DNA of 64,000 nucleotides. Source: Botryllus schlosseri (lineage: Eukaryota). The notes beneath the pieces were generated by a model. That model did not search any database. It worked only from the letters and a program-made list of their open reading frames with translations, and was not told where the DNA came from. Position numbers and translations under genes: made by a program. Below, piece after piece: positions 49,746 through 63,266 of this stretch; positions within the stretch are counted from its first letter, which is position 1, and each line of letters opens with the position of its first letter. The stretch lies in contig CM119372.1 of NCBI GenBank assembly GCA_051294905.1, positions 37,326,001 to 37,390,000 of the forward strand, read 5' to 3'.

Positions 49746-52700
49746 ATACATTTCTCTATATACATTGTCTGTATCGGAGAAAGATATGGGCGATTTTATT
49801 ATAATTTCGTAATTATCTATGTTTTATAATAAAAAAAGTGGAATTAGCAACTGTTTCGTTAATACACCATCGTCTCGCAGACCTAGGGTCGCAGATAGAT
49901 TCCCGCTTGTTCTCTACCAGAATCCCGCAAATGGGGAGCGAAACCAAGAACGCTCCCAGAAAGGAGTCGTCAGTAAAGGCACCAGCGTGAAATTCCTATC
50001 TGATCATCAGTGAGATCACTCAGCTATACATTGTAGCAGCCTCGATCGTTAAACTATAAACTCCCGTGCTCCTGTAATACTAACGGGTTTATGTATTTCG
50101 AATGTCGATATATTCAACACTCAAGTAGCTCGAACAACTGGGGCTTGGCATACTAGTTATCACATGCGAGTAAATCAAATGTAATGTTGATAGAGTCGAG
50201 TATTGAAATTATACGCCCCTTTCGACTAAGAGTCATGTTATCTATCAACGATAGCTATAGTTTCAATACTTCTTTCCCATACTGGAAGCATTGAAACCTG
50301 GATTGGATGTATCACAGTCACAGCATGCCACATGCAACACATGTACAAGTCCACGAATTTGAGTGTGAAATGGATATGTTTGAAGTGTTTATTAATTCAC
50401 GGCCGGTCACAATGACATAGCTCTGGGAGTAGGACAACTAGAAAATTTTCAGCTATTCCAAATTAGATAGAATTAGAATTCTAGCTTCACATATCTTCAA
50501 TTAGATCGGAATCAAAATCATAGCTAGAAAGATTTTTCTTAGTTTAATTAGAATTGGAATTACTGAATTCGCTAAAATTATTATTTGAATTAAGTTTGAT
50601 TTGTATCGAATCAGAGTTCATAATTCTCTCGAGCATGAGAATGGAAAATGTCTGTACACCGAGCTTGGCTCGTTTCTCTAAAGACAGTTCTACTCAATGA
50701 TAAATATTCTGGTTCGACTATAGCATTTTCACGAAATTAAACAATTTTACCAGATTTGAACTTCTCACAAATTAGATTAGAATTACTTCACCGGTATTTC
50801 AATAGAAGTGACTAGAATTATCTGCAGGTGTCCAAGTCAGATAGGTATGGTCGAAAAACAGACAATTAGCGTTAATGAAGAGTATGGTCTTCGTGGTAGC
50901 AAAAAAGGTACGTGGACTTTTCACATCACCCATGCGGATAAAAAGCCGTAATGAGTCACATCCAAACCGTTTTACGCGATTCGAAACCGAATCACTCACG
51001 CTCTCGCTGTTTTGGGCTCCTTGCCTCCCGTGTGGCTGTTCATGCGATGACAGCCGGAAAGCCCAGAAAAATGACCAGACAAAAAAAAATGAGAAAAAAA
51101 TTGCTTTTAAAAGGACCGACGAAGAAAGATTCGTTTCGAAGAAGACTGTGACATCGGACACTTGGTCGAGGTGGATGCTTGTTTAAGAGTCCCCAACTGG
51201 TCGTTCGGCACCCACTGTCTGTTCATTACATCACATTGTGTCTTGTACATCACATTGTGCGTGTGTGTCTTGGACAGACGAAAATTTAATCTGACGATTA
51301 TTACCAAAATTATCTCGAACCCTTCCCAAGTGTAATTGGGTTCATCCTGTTGATAACATGTTAATAAAATGCGAATTTAGTTGTTACCCTAGTTTCAACC
51401 GCTTAGTTAAAGTCTGGACTGGGCGCTGAGATGTTTACCTAACAGAGTAAACGGCCCAATGTCTTGGCCGAATTTTTCTGCGGTATTTTCTAAGCCATTA
51501 TGATTTGTTATTTTTCTCTATCGGATTTCTCGGGGGAAAGCCCGAGTTGGCAGACGAGAGTCGCACCGTGTATGACAATCAAAAAGGTGGGCTGTGATTG
51601 ACGTAAAACAAGCCGTCTTCGGGGATAGAAGACATGACATCACGACATAAGAAAATATTTGCACAAAGCGAGATCAAGACCATCAAGAGACGATTCGGAC
51701 TCGTAGCACATGTACTATTACCCAGACATATTCGGGTTTTTCAACGGGCATATAATAAACTGTTTATTACCTTGTAAAAGTGAGTGAAAATCCGGATCCC
51801 CTTAGTATTAGTCCGCGAACTTGCGGGAATATGTCGTAGGAAAATTTAGTATGTGACTTTATTCTGTGTCTCGTTACTGGTTTTCGCAATTTGGCGACTA
51901 ACTCATGTGCCATGTCGGAATCAAACGCCTAGGATAGTTCGGACAATGCATTCGCAAAGTAGATGTCACTCTGCCAACTATGCGCAAAAAAGACGGATGC
52001 GTAATAGTTGTCTCGTAGCATATGTGATCTGTTAATGCAAATTACAATATATCTTTCAAACATCAATAACTTGTGGATTGTCATGATTCTTTAATATCGT
52101 AGAATGCAGGCTATATCGTTTCCATTTAACACGTATCATTCCACGCAGACGCGACGATTCTTCGAGCAGATGAAATTTGAAAGCAATCTAGTGTGATGGA
52201 GTATATATTAGCTCCTATTAGTAGTGTTGTTTATCGAAATGGAAAACACTAGATTTTTTTTACTAACGTCAACCACCATGATATAAGAAATTGCATACTG
52301 AAAATAAACACGGGATTTTAGATTCGAAAAACTCCCATTAATTACGTCGCTTGAGCAAATATAGGCATAATTAAGGCAATATACAGTAATTGGAAGACAT
52401 TCTTGGTACCATGAGGATTGATTTTACCAATTAGATCCTCCACGGAAACTCATGCCAAATAATTGGCGTAAACACAACCGGTCAAGTCATTCAAGTGAAT
52501 CAAGAGCATCGTGAAATATAAGAACCTGAACTGCGTTTTTACTGTATTTTGTTTGTTAGCGGCTGTTGCTTTGGAGATTTGGAACGGCTTGAAGGAACGG
52601 TGGGTTTCTATTATACAATTCTAAGTTATATTCAATTACCGAAGATATCGCTCATAAATTATTACTGGCCCGCCATGAGCATCCTTCTCATGCGTCAATT

Positions 52701-52830
52701 GTTTACAGAGTTATTCCCAATTATTTGATATTCCTGGTGTGCTATATTGTGTTCGTTTGCATCCGACCTATATTTTTTATTAGGATTCATAATCTGACGA
52801 CTTTTAGCACGGCCCACCTTCGCTCTAGGC

Positions 52831-53139
52831 CAGTGGTTCCCAAACTTTTTCGACTCATAGCCACCTTTTCAAGCTCCACACCGAACATCGCCCCCCTAAT
52901 ATTGGGAACCTAAAAATGGGCTTACAAACTGCAATCACGGGCGAGTTGACAAAAAAGTCAACTTTCCGTCTCAGCTCCCGAAATGCGGTTTTTCTTTCAC
53001 ATTATCCGTCCGTTGACTGAAAAAGGTATTTTTTTCGAGTTGACTCCAGTATAGCCGTTTTACCGGGCCATCGCCGCCCTATCGGTCCCTTCGTTCTTTC
53101 ACCCCCCTAGACCGCCGAATCGCCCCCTGGGGGCCACTG
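52831..53139. mobile_element. hAT MITE (tcgcccc-repeat family)
   Basis: Ends cagtggttccc and ccactg; perfect TSD ctctaggc; relative at 60849-61217. Confidence 0.8.
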
Positions 53140-54134
53140 CTCTAGGCTTTTGTAAGATGCGGCTTATGCGTATCGCATGTGGGGTAGGAGTTTAGTTAAG
53201 TTTCCAACACATAGATAGGATTTCTGGAACGGACCTCGGATGGACGACAACTTGCAACGCATTTGTGTTGGATCGCGGTCATGCTATCTAATAGAAGTGT
53301 CTATCCCGTCGCCAAATATTTGGGTTCGGACCAAGTAAATATTAGCTGTCTTTGCCGATCCTGTCTCTTCAATTCTCTGGTTCGACACCGATCCGACGAC
53401 TACACCTGACTTTTGAAATGGCCGGGATTCTATCCCAAAAATTCCGATAATAATCATCTATTCTAGTTCCGATTTCTATAAACCACAACAGCAGTAGATC
53501 ATTCTGAATGGGTTCAGGATAAATATTGAATAGCGGAACAAATGATACATGACAATAAAAACTCACAGGTTTGTATTGGCGGCTACTGGAGTGGGGTTGG
53601 TAGTGACAACAGTCTTGCTCAGCAATATTCTCAATAGCGATTCTGGACGTACGAAAAAATTACGAATCTGGCTCCGACCCGTCTCCGGCCGTATCAGAGA
53701 AATATAAATCTGGCTCCTGCCATACACGAAAAGATTCGTCCGGATCTCCAGTCAGGCTCCAGTGCATGTCCCTCTCTATTGTACATCCGCTAGTATTATA
53801 TTAATGAGGTGCCCAATACGAATTAAATAGAAGGTAAAATTGTGCACGGAAATAATGATAACAATTTAAATCTGGTTCCGCATCGGTAGAATTTCCAGAT
53901 GCCTTCTTTTGAATATGTAAGAATGGGCACACTAACATAAAGCGCATAAATACGTCTTCTACTATGCACGTGCGACACATAACGTATTCATGACATCGTA
54001 TCCGATAACCATAAGAATCGAATCGACGATGTCCCGATTTAAACCTCAGTAAATTTGAAGAGTTAGGCGACTTCGTGAAACGTTCAGCGGTGCAGGTATT
54101 TCTTTGAGGTTTTGTTCGTGTACAGGCAGGTTCG

Positions 54135-54386
54135 ATGGCGCATGCAAAGCTTTTGTTTCAAGCGCCAACATTCGCCGTCATCACTGGTGCCAGTCAAGGC
54201 CTGGGCAAGAGTATCGCTATCGAACTAGCTGCGGAACTTACAGAGGGGTCTGTGTTAGCAATAACTGCTCGCAATAAAGATGGTTTGGAAGAGACTGCGC
54301 GGATTGCGAAGTTGGAGCGGAGAGACAGGATCGCAGTGGGCGACGTCCAGATAATAACAATGACATCAGATTTGTCTAAATCCGAA
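54135..54386 (+). CDS. SPR: SPR-like exon 1
   Basis: MAHAKLLF...VITGASQGLGKSIA...SDLSKSE; donor GAA|gcaagt (GC). Confidence 0.82.
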
Positions 54387-57300
54387 GCAAGTTGAATGTG
54401 AAATATTTTAAATACATCGTATGCACTCACTAATATTCAGAAATGTACTTCAACAGGATATCGTTAACACGATTCTGAATTGCGTGAAGGACTGGACGCC
54501 GTCCAAGTTCTTATCGGCAATCTTGATACTTAATTTCGGGACCCTGGGAGACATGTCTAAAGAACTGTGTGACTTTCGTAACCCCGAAGAAATAACCGAT
54601 TACTTTTTCGTCAACTTGGCACATATCCCTATCTTAACGGGGCAGTTCATCGATTGGACGAGAGCAGGGGAAAATGAGATGGATACAGTTGTTGTGAACG
54701 TTACTTCGCTTGTCGCTCTGCAACCACTGACTTGCATGAGCCTCTACTCGGCGGGAAAGGCAGCCCGTGAAATCATGCTCAAAGTACGTAACATTATTTT
54801 AATGTCTAAAATGCATCGCTCAGGCAGTCACATGCCCAGTCAACAAAATGGGAAGCGATCGCCCGGCGTATTACGCGCATTCGATGTCAAAATGATGCTT
54901 CAAAAGAAACAATTTTCGCACTTCAGCCGCAGACTCATTAACCCTTTTGTTGCCGTTCATTAACCCTCTCGCCACTGCAGCTTACAACCGCTCGTAACCC
55001 TATCGCTACCTGAATCATGGTTGCTTTCTGGCAGATATATTAACCTTATGTTGAAAGACATCACAATTTCACAATATGTTTTCATTGTCGTGTTAGTTAT
55101 ATTAAAATCCAGCACGAGCATACATTCAAAATACCGGTCAAATACAAACAGACGGTCATATGAAATGCATAAAACGACACAGTCGAGATATAGAGAGATC
55201 TTCTTTCCTGGACCAGTTTGATACAACTATTCCTGCTCTTGAATTAAAATACAGACAATATCTGGTTTATCAAACAAGTCTGTGCCTTGGCGGGAAGAAT
55301 AGGATCAAGGCAACGCGGAGCTACCATCAGCATCCAGCTCACTGTGTAGCACGCTAACATCATTCAGAACCCAATCGTGAATGATATATCCCAAGTATAG
55401 GCTTAGCCTGGTCTCTGATATCTCGGTAACTCCACTGGCCTCATATTCGTGCGATGTACTGTCAGCCAGATATCATTAGTAGTGATGGACGGGTGATCAT
55501 GGACATTGTCGCTGCAGGTTGAACCAATGCTTAGAGCACGATATTTTATAAACTGTTGCCTTCGCCAACGCTGCATTCTTTTCAATTCACCATCAGACGT
55601 CTACCCACGGATATTTGGGCATATCGCAATCACTTCATGGCTTCAGTCTCCAGTTGTAAAATAAAGGCTTACTATAGCAACGAAACAACTCGTAGGTTAA
55701 CTGACATGAGTATCACAAATGTTAATCAGAAATTATCACAAGACATAGTATTTGGCTGAACAGTTGAAATGCCAACTGTTGTAACGAACATCAACGATTG
55801 TAAATTCCGTCACAGATATTGCAGACACAGACAATAGATTGTTTGACCAAATCCCATGTTTCGTTAATATACATAGCCTACATTAATGAATGCACTAACA
55901 AATGATGTCAAAGCCATAACTATAACACGTCAAGATTCGGCGATGGTCAGCGACACACTTCCGCGGTTTAGCAATAAAATATCAAAGGACCGGTAGTACG
56001 TTTTACGTTCAGAGCACTTTACAAGTATCACGCTGTTCAATACCACCAACCTGACATTTCAGGCCACGGAAAAGTCAAAGTCAGCATTTATATCAAGTCC
56101 TATTTTATAAGCCTAACGCAAGCAAGCAATTACAGTGTAATATGACTGATCTGCTAGTCGAAACACCATTTGGCTACCAATACACATCTAAACAAGCATG
56201 TAGGAAATTTCAATAATAACCTGAACTATCTCCTGCTCAACTTATCTCAACGAAAAACTTCATTCATATTCCCTTCCATCGCTATAATCTCGGAAATACA
56301 ATTCGACGGTACGGACGATAATTCAAACTTCAAGTGTGCAACGGTAAACAACATCCGATGACATATGACATCACAATGACTCCACGCTCAGGTGCTCACG
56401 AACCTGGCAAAGCTTGGCAGAAGAGACGTCACGGTAAAGCCGCGTGATAATCATGCGCAATTTGATTGGTTAATAACGCTGACACCAATCTGCCCGGCCG
56501 ACCGATGGAAAGGAGAACAATCGATCTTTTGAATTCGAGAGCGATCAGTTTTTGTACATCAGAGGTGCCGCCTCACTGTAATGTCAAAACGGTTGCGTTC
56601 ACTTCTCTCCTGCACTGTCTTCGCCTGGTTCGGCATTGAATATACACACTTTTGTTGACTGGGTGGTAAGCGCAGAACTGTAACAAGCGACAATTCGCCA
56701 TAATGAAATTCATGATATATAGCACAAGGAGGTAATCAAAATATTCATCGATTGTACTAAAGAAGACAAAGAAGTACCGACGTAATGTCCTACCCGGGGC
56801 AAGTAGAAGTAACGACAACCAAGACATGTTAAATCAACCTCAAAGTAATTTGTAAATGAAGTCCCGAAAAGTACTCAACTTAGTAGTTTCAAAAAGTAGA
56901 TTTTGTCAAGTGGTTATAGCATACTTTTAGAAGTTAACTTTTCAAATTACAGGATGCAACTTCTCGAATAACGCGAATGACTAATAACACAACTACTAAG
57001 TGAGTCGATATTTAGTCATATAGGGTCTATTCCAGTGGTTCCCAACAGGAGGAACTGTCCCATCTCTTGGGAAATTCAGGGGTTTACGGTGCGGAACTGA
57101 CGCACTTGGAAAAAATTACATATCCATTAGATACATATTTAGGGAGGCGCAACATTGGTTACCAGTTAACTACACTCGACAATTATATCGCGTGCAATGA
57201 CGTACAATAAATCGTTCGCACGATATTGTGGATTACTGGTAAACCCTGAGATATTGGGTTCACTCAAATAAGCAGATAGCCCTGACACCCGGCATATGCA

Positions 57301-58489
57301 TTAAAGATTGATAAACGGAATGACTATACGACCATAGTTTACTCGAAATAAGTTTTGTGCAACTGTCATAGTCATTGACTTTTTCTTTACACAGATCGTC
57401 ACTAGCAATTGTGGGGCTAATATTCAGTCTATGCTAAACAAGCAAAGTCTCACCAAATTATATTGAAAGGAGCCCATTTTAGCGTTGGATAGAGGTTTTA
57501 GAGGTTGTAGGGAATGAGATTTCGGAATAAATTTGAAGTGAGTAATGCAGAGAAAAAGGTAGGGAACAACTGGTCTATTCTGTCAAGTGGGTGTGACAAT
57601 TTTACTGATAAAGCTGATGCAAACTAGCCCTACAAGTACTTTTCATTTAAAAAAAATCCCAAGTGTAGAAAGTAAGACTTTTATCAACAAAACCAGTATA
57701 AGTATAAGTTTAAATATCATAGAAAAATAACCACGTGAGTACTTCGAACAAGTAAAAGTACTTCGTTACTGACTACCTCAGAGTGAATATTACTGGCTAT
57801 TTACGTTATTGAATTTTTCTTTGTCAGTCACCGCCACAGTTGTTCAGAGAAACTAAGTTACTTATTTAAAACATGATTCGAGTTCAAAATTTCAGGGAGT
57901 CCTCTGTGTAATTATTGTGTTGTGATTCGACATGGCAGCGATAGGTATATTTTATAGTGTGTACTCATTTGCTCTTTTGATTTCCTACAATTTACTTGTA
58001 AAGAGCTGAAGATCAATTCTTCAACGAAATGGTCATCATGGCAATACACACGAGACAAATATATTTCTCTTAGCTGCTCACTGACATTGGAAACGAGTGA
58101 GGAAATAATACAACGCTAAACAGCGATTTCTGATTAGGTAGTTCTGAAAATTTCCCGCTATTCCCAGTGTACATGCATTTGAATGAATTGGGATCATATT
58201 TCAGTCGATGTAACCCGATATATTGCACGCTGGATTACAGGTTCTCGCTATGGAAAATCCTAACGTGCGTGTACTGAGCTACGCGCCGGGTGCCTTGCAT
58301 GGCACGAACATGACGAAAACAATACTGTCGACAACAAACAGGCACAACACTTCTCATTCATTTCGCCAATTAGAAGCCAGTGGAAAATTCGTCACGTGCA
58401 AGCAGTCTGCTAGGAAGCTCCTTCGGCTGTTGCGCATGGACTGTTATTCGAACGGGGATCACGTTGATTATGATGACGTGAAGGAATGA
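54135..58489 (+). CDS. SPR: Sepiapterin reductase-like short-chain dehydrogenase/reductase, 3 exons, about 275 aa
   Basis: Exons 54135-54386, 54457-54783 and 58241-58489 (828 nt, in phase). Rossmann motif ITGASQGLG, ARN, GTLGD, catalytic VTSL and YSAGKAA, VLSYAPG, and C-terminal GDHVDYDD typical of SPR. Confidence 0.85.
54457..54783 (+). CDS. SPR: SPR-like exon 2
   Basis: caacag acceptor; LNFGTLGD...VVNVTSLVALQP...LYSAGKAAREIMLK; donor gtacgt. Confidence 0.85.
57033..57572. mobile_element. hAT MITE in SPR intron 2
   Basis: Perfect TSD gtctattc; related to 24919-25758. Confidence 0.8.
58241..58489 (+). CDS. SPR: SPR-like exon 3
   Basis: ttacag acceptor; VLAMENPNVRVLSYAPG...GDHVDYDDVKE*. Confidence 0.88.
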   Translation, partial: VLAMENPNVRVLSYAPGALHGTNMTKTILSTTNRHNTSHSFRQLEASGKFVTCKQSARKLLRLLRMDCYSNGDHVDYDDVKE

Positions 58490-59008
58490 TTTGTCATCAC
58501 TTCATTATAGTAGTGGGCAATTGCCTAATTCATGTCAACAACTGATTGACCTGCGCTCAAAATGTTCCTTGCGCTGTATATGTGCAGTGCGCAATGCATA
58601 GGCCTATATTGTGCATATTAGGGATGGTGTAGACCTCTGAAAGGTTTAGGTTCGCCTGAACGCGAACCATTTTAAATGGTTCTGCGTGAACGTGAACGTG
58701 AACCTATTGTTAGTTCCAACCCCACATCTCAGTGAAGTACTATATTAATGCACTGTCCAGAGTACCTAGCGACTATTCTGGCTACATTATGTCACAATGC
58801 TGAAGTACATGCTGACTTTTTATGCGTCTCCAAATGTATCATCTGGGTAAATCAACGGATATATAAAACCCATAAAATCAATATCTTCGTTCGCTTTGCC
58901 AGCAATTGCGATGAGGACTTGCAAGGTACTGTAATCTTAAGCCTTAGCGGTTTAGGCCAAACCGAGCAATGCATTCGGCATCTGAGTATTGCAGCATTGA
59001 TATTTAGC

Positions 59009-59210
59009 CAGTGTTGGGATCAAGTCACTACCTTCGAGTCACGAGTCATTTCGAATCATTGCACATTTTGACTCGAGTCAAGTCAAGTCAATCGATTTTC
59101 GAAGATGACTCGAGTCAAGTCAAGTCACTCGATTTTTGGAGGTGACTCGAATCAAGTCGAGTCAATTCAAGTCAAGTCACGAGTTAAGTCACATTTCAAG
59201 TCAAGTTGCC
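59009..59210. repeat. (gactcgagtcaagtcaagtc)-type repeat array, probably the left end of a hAT MITE
   Basis: Starts cagtgttggg, followed by repeated caagt/gagtc units. Confidence 0.6.
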
Positions 59211-59854
59211 TTTTCGAAGTATGTATGAGGCATGATTACATCATTGCAATTTGCTAGCTGTCTGAAATACAGTTTGAGTGGTCATTGATTGTGAAACAAT
59301 GACCGAATATAGAGTTAAATATGCATGCAAGAAGGCGCTGTATCGCACTGTAAAAAATCTGGTAGATTTACTGGGAAATCTCTGTCAATTTTGCAACGAA
59401 TTACCGGTCGCAGCCAATAGCTTAGCGTAGCTTGTAATTTTACATTTTGATATGTAATATTACCTCAATTTAACTGTAAATTCAAGTTACCAGAATTTCT
59501 TCGCAAAATTACTGACAGTTACTTGTTACTGAAGTTTACCAGGCTATTGGCAAATTTGATTTGCTTGAAAATCTCTGCAGCCAATGTATACGTTGAATTG
59601 AATGTTACTGATATCATTCTTGTGCATGGTGATTTCGACCTGATTCAACCTCGTTCGCGAGACTGGGGTCTGTCTTACGGAAATTGTTGGCCCTAGTACC
59701 AATTTCAGTATAGTACATAGTAGGGTAAAAGAAACAACTGACAATCGTAGCTAGTGTGGTACACCATGGCCACTATATTATATTATAAGGCTATGGCTTG
59801 GCTATACGGCCGGTCTCGCTGGTTACATTCGTTGTCACGGATATGACTGATGAG

Positions 59855-60729
59855 TAGGACGGTTTTTTTTGACATGTCAAAATTTGTCAAAATTTTGTCA
59901 AAATTGTAGCGTTAGGTCAAAATTTGTCAAAATTTTCCATAAATTCACAAAATTTTTGACGTCTGCATTTCGTTTGCAACGTAGATTTTGCACTGTCGGT
60001 GAACTTATCGTTTGATATTTTACAGCTTGTAGCCTATTTGATAGGCCTACTGTTGTAAACGGCTAATTGCCTGCTCATTGTGAATCATATACGGTCAAAT
60101 GAAACAAGTACAAGTAGGTAAACATGGTGTTATGGTCAACGTACCGCAATATCCTAACTGAAGAAAGACTTCTAGCGCATTGCATCATTCCTATATGAAG
60201 AAGTGCATGATGAAAAATTGTGATGTTGACAACATCGTCAGAATGAGATACAAAGCGTGTCACCAGCAGTGTACGCCGAACTTGAGTGCTATCAGCCAAC
60301 AACTGCAGCTGTTGAACGTCATTGGCAATCTTCTTAGTAAGGACATGCACTTTCTACACAAGAATGTAGGAAAGTATCCTCGTTGTACTACAAAATTTTT
60401 CAATTATTTCTACCATAATACATATTGTGACCAACCACTGGAATTCTTCGTAGGGCCAGATTTCGTTAAAATATTGTTTTTTTGTGTAAAAAGTTGCCTT
60501 TTTCTAAGTCAAAACGTTTTTTCAGCCCAAACTACTTCGTTAGGACAGTCAGTTCCAACCAGAAATGAAGATAATTGGTACAATTTTAACATTATGTGGG
60601 AAAACACCTAATTTGCATACGTTAGGTCAAAATTTGGTCAAAATTCAGTTTTTTTAGGTCAAAAAAAGTCAAAATTTGGATTTTTTAGGTCAAAATTTTC
60701 TTTTTTTTAGGTAAAAAAAACCCGCCCTA
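59855..60729. mobile_element. hAT MITE with gtcaaaattt subterminal repeats
   Basis: Ends taggacgg and cccgcccta; perfect TSD ctgatgag; empty site at about 16057-16064. Confidence 0.88.
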
Positions 60730-60848
60730 CTGATGAGTTAGAATATCAGTTTAGGATGTATAATATTGTTTGGGAAACTAGAAATATCAGCACCGCATGC
60801 TCAGTTGACCATTTGTTAATGGCGAACAATGCGAGGCAACCTGTAATA

Positions 60849-61217
60849 CAGTGGATCCCAACCTTTTTGGACCCATCGCCCCCTTTTCAAGGTCAACACC
60901 GGTCATCGCCCCCCAAATTTTGTGTACCGAAAATTGGGCATACAAACTGTAATCACCGGCGGGTTGACTAAAACAAAAAAATGGTCAAATTTTCGGCTCG
61001 ATGTCTAATTTGACACACTTTTTGTAACTAAATTTCCGTGGGTTGACTAAAAAAAAAAAAAAAAAAGGTCAGCCGTTTTGACTCGTCATCGCCCCCTATC
61101 GCCCCCTTCGCTATTTTCGCCCCCCGTCGCCCCCTTTGACCATTTTCGCCCCCCTGTCGCCCCCTTCGTCATTTTCGCCCCCCTGGCCGGCCAAATCGCC
61201 CATGTTGGGAACCACTG
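60849..61217. mobile_element. hAT MITE (tcgcccc-repeat family)
   Basis: TIR cagtggatcccaac/gttgggaaccactg; perfect TSD ctgtaata; empty site at about 16163-16170. Confidence 0.88.
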
Positions 61218-62545
61218 CTGTAATACGTAACATTAGGTTACCGTTACGCGTTACTGCTTTTTCTGAGATTCGTAGTAAACAACCAACGCACCACTGTGAC
61301 ATCACAAGCAGCGTCTGGTTAAGTAAGTACGGTAAGTAGTGAACAACACATGGAATAAATATCAATTCATGAAAAAGAAAGGAACTATATGTAATGATAA
61401 ATGTTTCCGTATGAAAAAACGACCTAAATCAAACATTCTAACGCGGTGGCCAGTAAATATTATTGGTGGCATGTCAGCGGATGAATACCACTTATTTCGA
61501 AATCGTTCGAGTGTCCTGTCGTCGTCTGGCCATTATTGAGATTTCAGCAAAGGGTGGAGCGAAGCTTGTTGCGCTTGAAGAAAGTGGACGCGATCGTTGA
61601 AGATTCCTAGGAACGCTGAACGGGATACGCGTCGTAAAAGGTACTGTACTACATAGTATTCGTTACCGGGAATATCTACGAATGTGCACACCAGCGGGAT
61701 GACTTTGATTTCATTTGCCGTATTCTCTGTTCTATTTTGAGATATTAGTCGACTTATATAGTGACCTGTGACACCGCATATTCCGCCGCACAGGAGTTGA
61801 AACTTTTGGCATGTTCGTGTCATTTTCGGGCCATAGCATAGAGATGTTTTCATCCACTGCAGGATTTGTTTGGCACGCATGCCGCCTCAAATGAGGAATC
61901 TTTTGCTTCAATACATAATATCAGTGGTTCTCAACCTACTTGGGGAACGCGAGAAATTGACTAAGTCTGTATGAATTCTGACTAAACGTGTTTCGCAACC
62001 ATTTTCAGAAGACGATTGTAGAAGATGAAACTTATTTCGTATTCAAGAAAGCTCGCCAAATTCAAACTCCAGCAGTCGCGCTCAACTTCATTTGACCAAA
62101 TTTGTGATATTCTTTGAAGATTTAGACAGAGGAATTCCCACGTTTAAGTCATTCATTACTTCATAGCTTTGGCAGTAGCCTCAAGCCCGGTGCGCTGGGT
62201 ACCGTAGCTGTTGTTAATAGCTGGCGAACTGCACTGCGTAAGACAGACTTGAATGCAATATAGGTTGCTTGGTTTCGCCCTCAATTAAGCTACCCTATAT
62301 CAATTTAATTCAATTCCAAAACTGATCAAATTGAGCATGGCAGTACAGAACGACGCCTCGTTCTCTGTAGTCACTACCAGCATTAGGATTGGTCTCAGTG
62401 CAACTTACCTTGAAATAAATTGATGTCCTGTTCAATGTTTTTTTTTGCTATTTTCAAACAAGTTTGGGGAAATTTGTCAGAATGGTAAAGACTTAAATAC
62501 AGATTCAAACTTGGCGTAAGACATACCATATGTATACTATTAGAT

Positions 62546-63266
62546 TAGGGATGGGCAACCCGCTGCCGTAGAAGGGAATTTGTGCGGCCGTTGACACCTA
62601 ATTCAATTAGTATGCGTTAGCATCCGTCGACATGCAAATTAAAATTACTAATTCACTCCCAATTTTTTAGAGATTTCAATTAATCTTGAAATTTTTTTCG
62701 CGCTTCACGCTATTCAACATAACTTAATTTTTCGATTCTAATACAGTAGCGCCTTTCTCAATCTGAGCAGGAATCAGAATCCTGTGCTCCTCACGAAAGA
62801 AATTTTTCTATGGTACATTCGGGCGATTTCAATATATTTCCACTACCGATACGATGGACAATCCTGATCGGGGGTCAAAAAATAACAGCATGCAACAAAG
62901 TGCATGACTAGTAACAATTGGCCCACACGAAGATGCATTATCATTTATAACTTGCCCTATATTTTCGAAAGCACTCCCTTCATGAACCCTACCAGTGAAT
63001 CTGATCACATGGGCTGATAAAGGATGAATATTTGACAGTAATATGTGATACTGCTACTATTAGTTGCCATACTTCATGCGTACAATAGGCCTTTGTTAAA
63101 AGTATAAAAGTCCGGAGTTCACCGGGAATGAATATAAACAGATTAACATATAGCCTATCTCTATATTAGATGATGTGATCTTTTTGACATAACGAAAAGT
63201 GCAGGGGCGCAATTTTTTTGGCCATTGCCAAGGGAGGCGCATGTCCAAAAAGGTTGAAAACCGCTG
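62546..63266. mobile_element. hAT MITE shared by both CACTG-element copies
   Basis: TSD tattagat/cattagat; an internally deleted equivalent lies at 18145-18566. Confidence 0.7.

Noticed and set aside
48703..54135. Operon or functional pterin-sulfur cluster of the desulfurase-like and SPR-like genes
   Set aside because: The genes are about 5.4 kb apart with repeats between them. Same-strand adjacency alone is not evidence without synteny or co-expression data.
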